Assembly: GCA_037447605.1 (NCBI GenBank)
Contig: CM074806.1
Coordinates: 930,001 to 994,000, forward strand
DNA: 64,000 bases
Origin: Zygnema circumcarinatum SAG 698-1b
Taxonomy: Eukaryota > Plantae > Zygnematophyceae
Direction: 5' to 3'
Positions within the stretch are counted from its first letter, which is position 1. Each line of letters begins with the position of its first letter. Positions 59,633 through 64,000 of the stretch are shown one piece after another. A model generated the notes under the pieces. It worked only from the letters and a program-made list of their open reading frames with translations, did no database searches and was not told the DNA's origin. Both the position numbers and the translations under genes were made by a program.

Positions 59633-62600
59633 CTAATGCTCGTGATGTCCATGGCCTATCCGCGTGAGCCCCAAGCCAAGGCCCAGAGGGGAGGAGGCGG
59701 CTCCCACAGAGCTGCCCCCTTGGCTATGGCTATGGCTGCATCCGGGTCCGTGAACATGGCCTCTCCCGCTCCCACCTACACTGGAAGAGCCTTTCTTGTC
59801 TCTGTCCTGTGCGTCTCTTCCAGAAGGAAGTACTCCGGAGCTCTGACAGGTCCCAGGAGCTTCACTGCTGCAGTGAGAATGAGAATGAGGACGCCCACCA
59901 AATAGTCTCTGCATCCAAGGGCTTGGAGGCACTGCAGGTTTCCAAGGAACCTCAATGTCTTCGTTATAGCCACTGCAGATGAAATCTTTACAATTTTGTA
60001 CAATGCCCCTGTCGTAAGGATTGAAGAAGCGACCATCTTCGCCTTTGAGATAATCATAACGATGCCCATTTGCCATTTCATTTGTCGTGATATTTCGAGC
60101 AATCTGCAAAGGAAAACAATTGCCAATTTGAGACCCAATCAACATCTTTGCGATCATGCAACCAAACGGTGACATCCCAAAGGCCAAACCTATACTACAC
60201 ATGTGTCCCTTAGGAGTACAGTACCACAGACAAGAGCACGAAGTAGTCGAGTAAGCAACAGAATGTAGTCCGAGTATAAAGTTCATGAAGGACAAGAAGT
60301 TATGCAGAGAAAGAAAATCTTACCTGCAAGGCCTGAAGGCTGCCCAACATGATGACACTCGCCATCATGAAGCAGTCACCCAGCAAAAATGCAAGCGCTC
60401 CGCTATGATCCACTGCAACATGATTGATCCAGGGCCCCAAGTAGCTGGGCGCTCCTTCATCCATTACGAGACCTGTTGTCCAGAAAGAAGGAACATCAGA
60501 GCTGACCTTAACCGCCTTTGTGGACCTGCTGCTGAAAACTTAAGACTCAAAGAGGACACAAATACAACAGTGATGGAGGCACAAAATGAGCGGAGCTCAT
60601 GGAGAAACTTACGGTGGAGGGTGATAGCTGCTGCAATACCCATGGCTATAAGCTCAATCCAAAGGAACAAGAAGAAATGATATTTGTTCCGCTGCACCAG
60701 TGAAACTCTCAGCTGTAAGTAAGGAGAGTGCACGTAACCTCTAGATGCGTTTTTCCCCAACCTGATTCCTTAAAAGACAAAGCATTTTCTTATCAACATT
60801 CTGACAAACATCATGAAGGCAAAAGTTGGGCTGAGCTGAGATTAGTCCCCGGAACACCTAACTCTTGGAGCTTCACAAACCCATGTCTGTAATCAGCCAA
60901 GCTGACCTACCCTAGAACGACTCGTAGAGTGCTTTAACCCTGTCGGAGCTTGGTACTGATTTTTTCTTGCCCTCTCCAAAGTATACTTCTCCAAAGTAGT
61001 AACCAAGATGTCTTCAATGAAATTAAATTGCAAGAAGCTCCAGCGACATATAGACAATCAGGGAGAAAACAGACGGAGCGAGAAACGAGAAGAAGCGGGT
61101 AAATGACAAGATAGCTTGCCTTCCCAACACAGTTAGATATCCATGGGCAGTGATGATCGAACTGCTCTACACATCGATTGCATACCGCGCAGTGCTTGGA
61201 TCGGACAGGGCGCACTATCTGCATTTCCTCTCCAAACAAACACGCTGTTCTTCTGTCAGATAGTCAAAGGGGTTTCCCCACTATGCCTTTTACTTCCATA
61301 ATACTAGAGCATCGTCCACAACAGCAGTGAGAGCAACATCGACAGCCTAACATAGGTTGGTGCAGCCACAGGAGAACAGAAGGCTTGAACAGAAAAGGTA
61401 TTTAGTTGTACATCAAAATCAGGATAATCTGGGCAGGTTATGAAGCTTAGGGGGCAGCCCGTGCAGCCAGAACTCACTCTGCAGGTCGGACAAAGCTGTG
61501 ACCATTGGCCTGCCCACAGGGCAGGATTGCTTAAATCACTTTTAAGGTTCAGTAATGGATCCTGCTCCCATCATTTCCATGCAGCAACCGAGATACGGCC
61601 CACAAAGGTTAGAATTTTAAATCAGGCCGTCCATCCTTAGCTGTAGGAATAGGGACAAACGTCCGCATGACCATCATGCCCTAGTCCAATTAAAGGGATC
61701 AGCTACATATGACACCTTGAGAACCCAATCCACCACTACAGAAGACGTTTGGGAGGTTCCAGCTTAAATAAGACATTAAGCTGCACACTAAAAAACTGTT
61801 TGGATGCCAAACATGCCTTGGAACAGCACAAGGACTCACCTCTTCTTTATGGCCTTGAGAACGCTCCCGATTGGGCTTGATATACCCGGGATCTGCCCTG
61901 CAACATACCCAAACAGCCTCTTCAGCTGCGATCCGTGAAATTGCAACATTTGCCAAACAAAAAAGAGTTGAGCATAATACATGCTTGTCAATACCACTGG
62001 CCTTGTCTTTGCTCACTTACGATGTGGCACGGTAGACAACCACCAAGCCGAAAAAGCAAAGAAAAATATCAAACCACGACCATGCTGCAAGACCAGCTGT
62101 TATTCTGGGAAGTGAAGGAGCTGCATCCCTCCCATTCAGCGTCAAAACATGGTTAGCACTTATCTGTATGTTGAGTCAGTAAAGATGCTTAACTCAAGAC
62201 TGAATGCTCAGAGACCAGTTACCATTTCCTATGTTCTATTGTGTCCACTTATTATTCCCTGATTCCACAACATCTCCTCATCGATAGTAATCAACTGAAG
62301 CGTATGTAACGGCAGAACTGGTGTGAAGTTGCTTTTACAAATGACAATGCTTTTGTCTCAACCTTGTCCTTTAGCAAATGCTCATCACTGCAAACGTTCT
62401 CTTCTTCCTATAGCCCCTGATCTGATTCTATACATCCATCGACTACCATTAGCAGCGTTCAATTCTGATTGCATGGATTGTGGAAGGTAATGAAGAGGAA
62501 AGAACTCATACATGAAATGACGCATGTCATGAAGAGAAAAGCGAGCCCCAGGATGATTCCCCAAAGCAGGGGAGCCAGACCCATCCGCGCCACTTTTGCA

Positions 62601-64000
62601 AATCGTCCTTTTGTGTCCCACCGTGCTTCGTAAACTTTTCGGGCATTTGACTGCAAACCCATCAAAAATCCTCCTAGGTAAGTCGGTTTTTAGCTTAACC
62701 AAAATCAAATTACGGATATTGTCCACAAAAGTGGCTTTATACCAGATTTGTGAAACCGAGCGTCAACTCTTTAAGTGTGTTAGGTCTGCGATTAAAAATG
62801 CTTATTTTTCTAGACCACGAAGCTCACAAGCAAAAAAGGCAGGAACTTTCCTATTGCCGCTACTCAAAGCTGTACTGATGTTCCCCGCAAGGAGCTCTGC
62901 ATAATAAAGCTACTATTCACTTTCGTGTCCTCCCTCTGCTGTGCCTGCCCCGGATTCCTGTCTCGCAGTTTACTTCCCCGACGGCTGACTTAGAAGGCCA
63001 AAACCAGGTAATCCACCAAGAAAAGGTTTTCACGAAGGTCACATACCAAAAACAGTGCCACGTGCCGATGGCCTTTGTCTGAGGCCAACTGTACAGGAGT
63101 GCACCCCGTGGAATCTACGGCTAGCAGGTCCTCTTTAGTTCCAGCCTGAACTAGCAATGTGCACGCCTCCAAATTTCCCCGCAAAGCTGCCCAATGCATA
63201 GGGGTACAGCCTGCCCTGCGGAAGCCACATTGGCAGCGTGTCATCCACCGCTGATCGAAGCAGTCAGCAGACGGGTAACTCAGATCGATTGAAGCGGATA
63301 AGTGCGGAACATCTAATAGAAAAACGTCAATTTGCCCACGTCTACAATGCCACGCCTTAACTTAGACCCCAACCCTGTCGAGAACTGCAAACGCAAACAA
63401 AGATCCACCTTCTTTATCTGGTCTTCCCAAGTAGGCGTCCATGAATAGAAGCAACCGAATAGGGTCCACATAGCCTTTGTAAGCAGCCCTGCCACCAACC
63501 GTCCACCACTGGTGTATCTCAGCTCCATTGGAAAATCCCGGCACGGTACGAATAAAACCTGGTCCCCAATGTAAATTGACCGAAAGCAGCTGCTCACCAA
63601 CTCTTGCTTTAGAAAGGTTGGAAGTTCTCTAGATTTTTTGTGATCTTCCCGGTAATCCCGACGTGTTTGTAAAAGAAGCTCACCAATGGAGGGGGCTGCG
63701 GCCATCCTTATCCGTTGGGTCGACTTCTGCATTCCACTTCGTGCAGATGTGGTACAAAAGGGCTGTCTGGCCATACTGAGCAGCTACATGGCTCGTCTGT
63801 AAACACGGACCAGCCCCAAAACGTTATTTCTGTATCCACGCCACCTAACCATTAATCGCTAGCAGCAGCAAGAAAAAAAAGAAAAGTAAAAACAAGGGAA
63901 AGAAGCCTTACACGATAGCCATGCGAATCTACAGCTTCCAAGATCGCTCCGTTTTGCAACAGGAGCTCTGCAACCTGTATTGCCCCTCGCACAGCTGACC
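59633..64000 (-). CDS. PAT24: Ankyrin-repeat DHHC protein S-acyltransferase (PAT24/TIP1-like), 5' part beyond the window
   Basis: Ankyrin exons ([14 protein letters not shown]; [20 protein letters not shown]), [64 protein letters not shown], His-rich tail with PLGLGLGL; TAG at 59633. Confidence 0.95.

Overview
Intron-rich, gene-dense nuclear DNA (13 multi-exon genes in 64 kb, all junctions I traced GT-AG) from a streptophyte plant. A plastid-type MurD and the compact layout suggest a streptophyte alga or non-flowering land plant (inference). Gene order: At5g57345/OxR-like membrane protein (+), peptidoglycan ligase MurD (-), a 208-aa orphan (+), a second OxR-like paralogue (-), polyol transporter (+), ERdj2/Sec63 (-), a strongly diverged GCP3-like gamma-tubulin complex gene (-), Pth2 (-), TLDc protein (+), GDT1-family PAM71-HL/CMT1 (+), GRIP golgin (+), NEET (+) and ankyrin-DHHC PAT24/TIP1-like (-, runs off the right edge). 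Non-coding structure includes a complete 477-bp TA-flanked MITE, a ~470-bp element in two inverted copies with a 108-nt ungapped core matching at 101/108, a second ~75-bp dispersed repeat, a phased G-box/ABRE array, an RY+ABRE promoter and a recurring ATAAAGTCAC promoter motif. No CRISPR, rRNA, tRNA or autonomous transposon was found. I found no unambiguous new system. The best leads are (1) the 1-15.5 kb block of putatively plastid-targeted genes around MurD, (2) the N-terminally shortened, motif-altered GCP3 paralogue and (3) the conserved-core repeat sitting behind two gene 3' ends. Family assignments are from recalled motifs; no database search was run.
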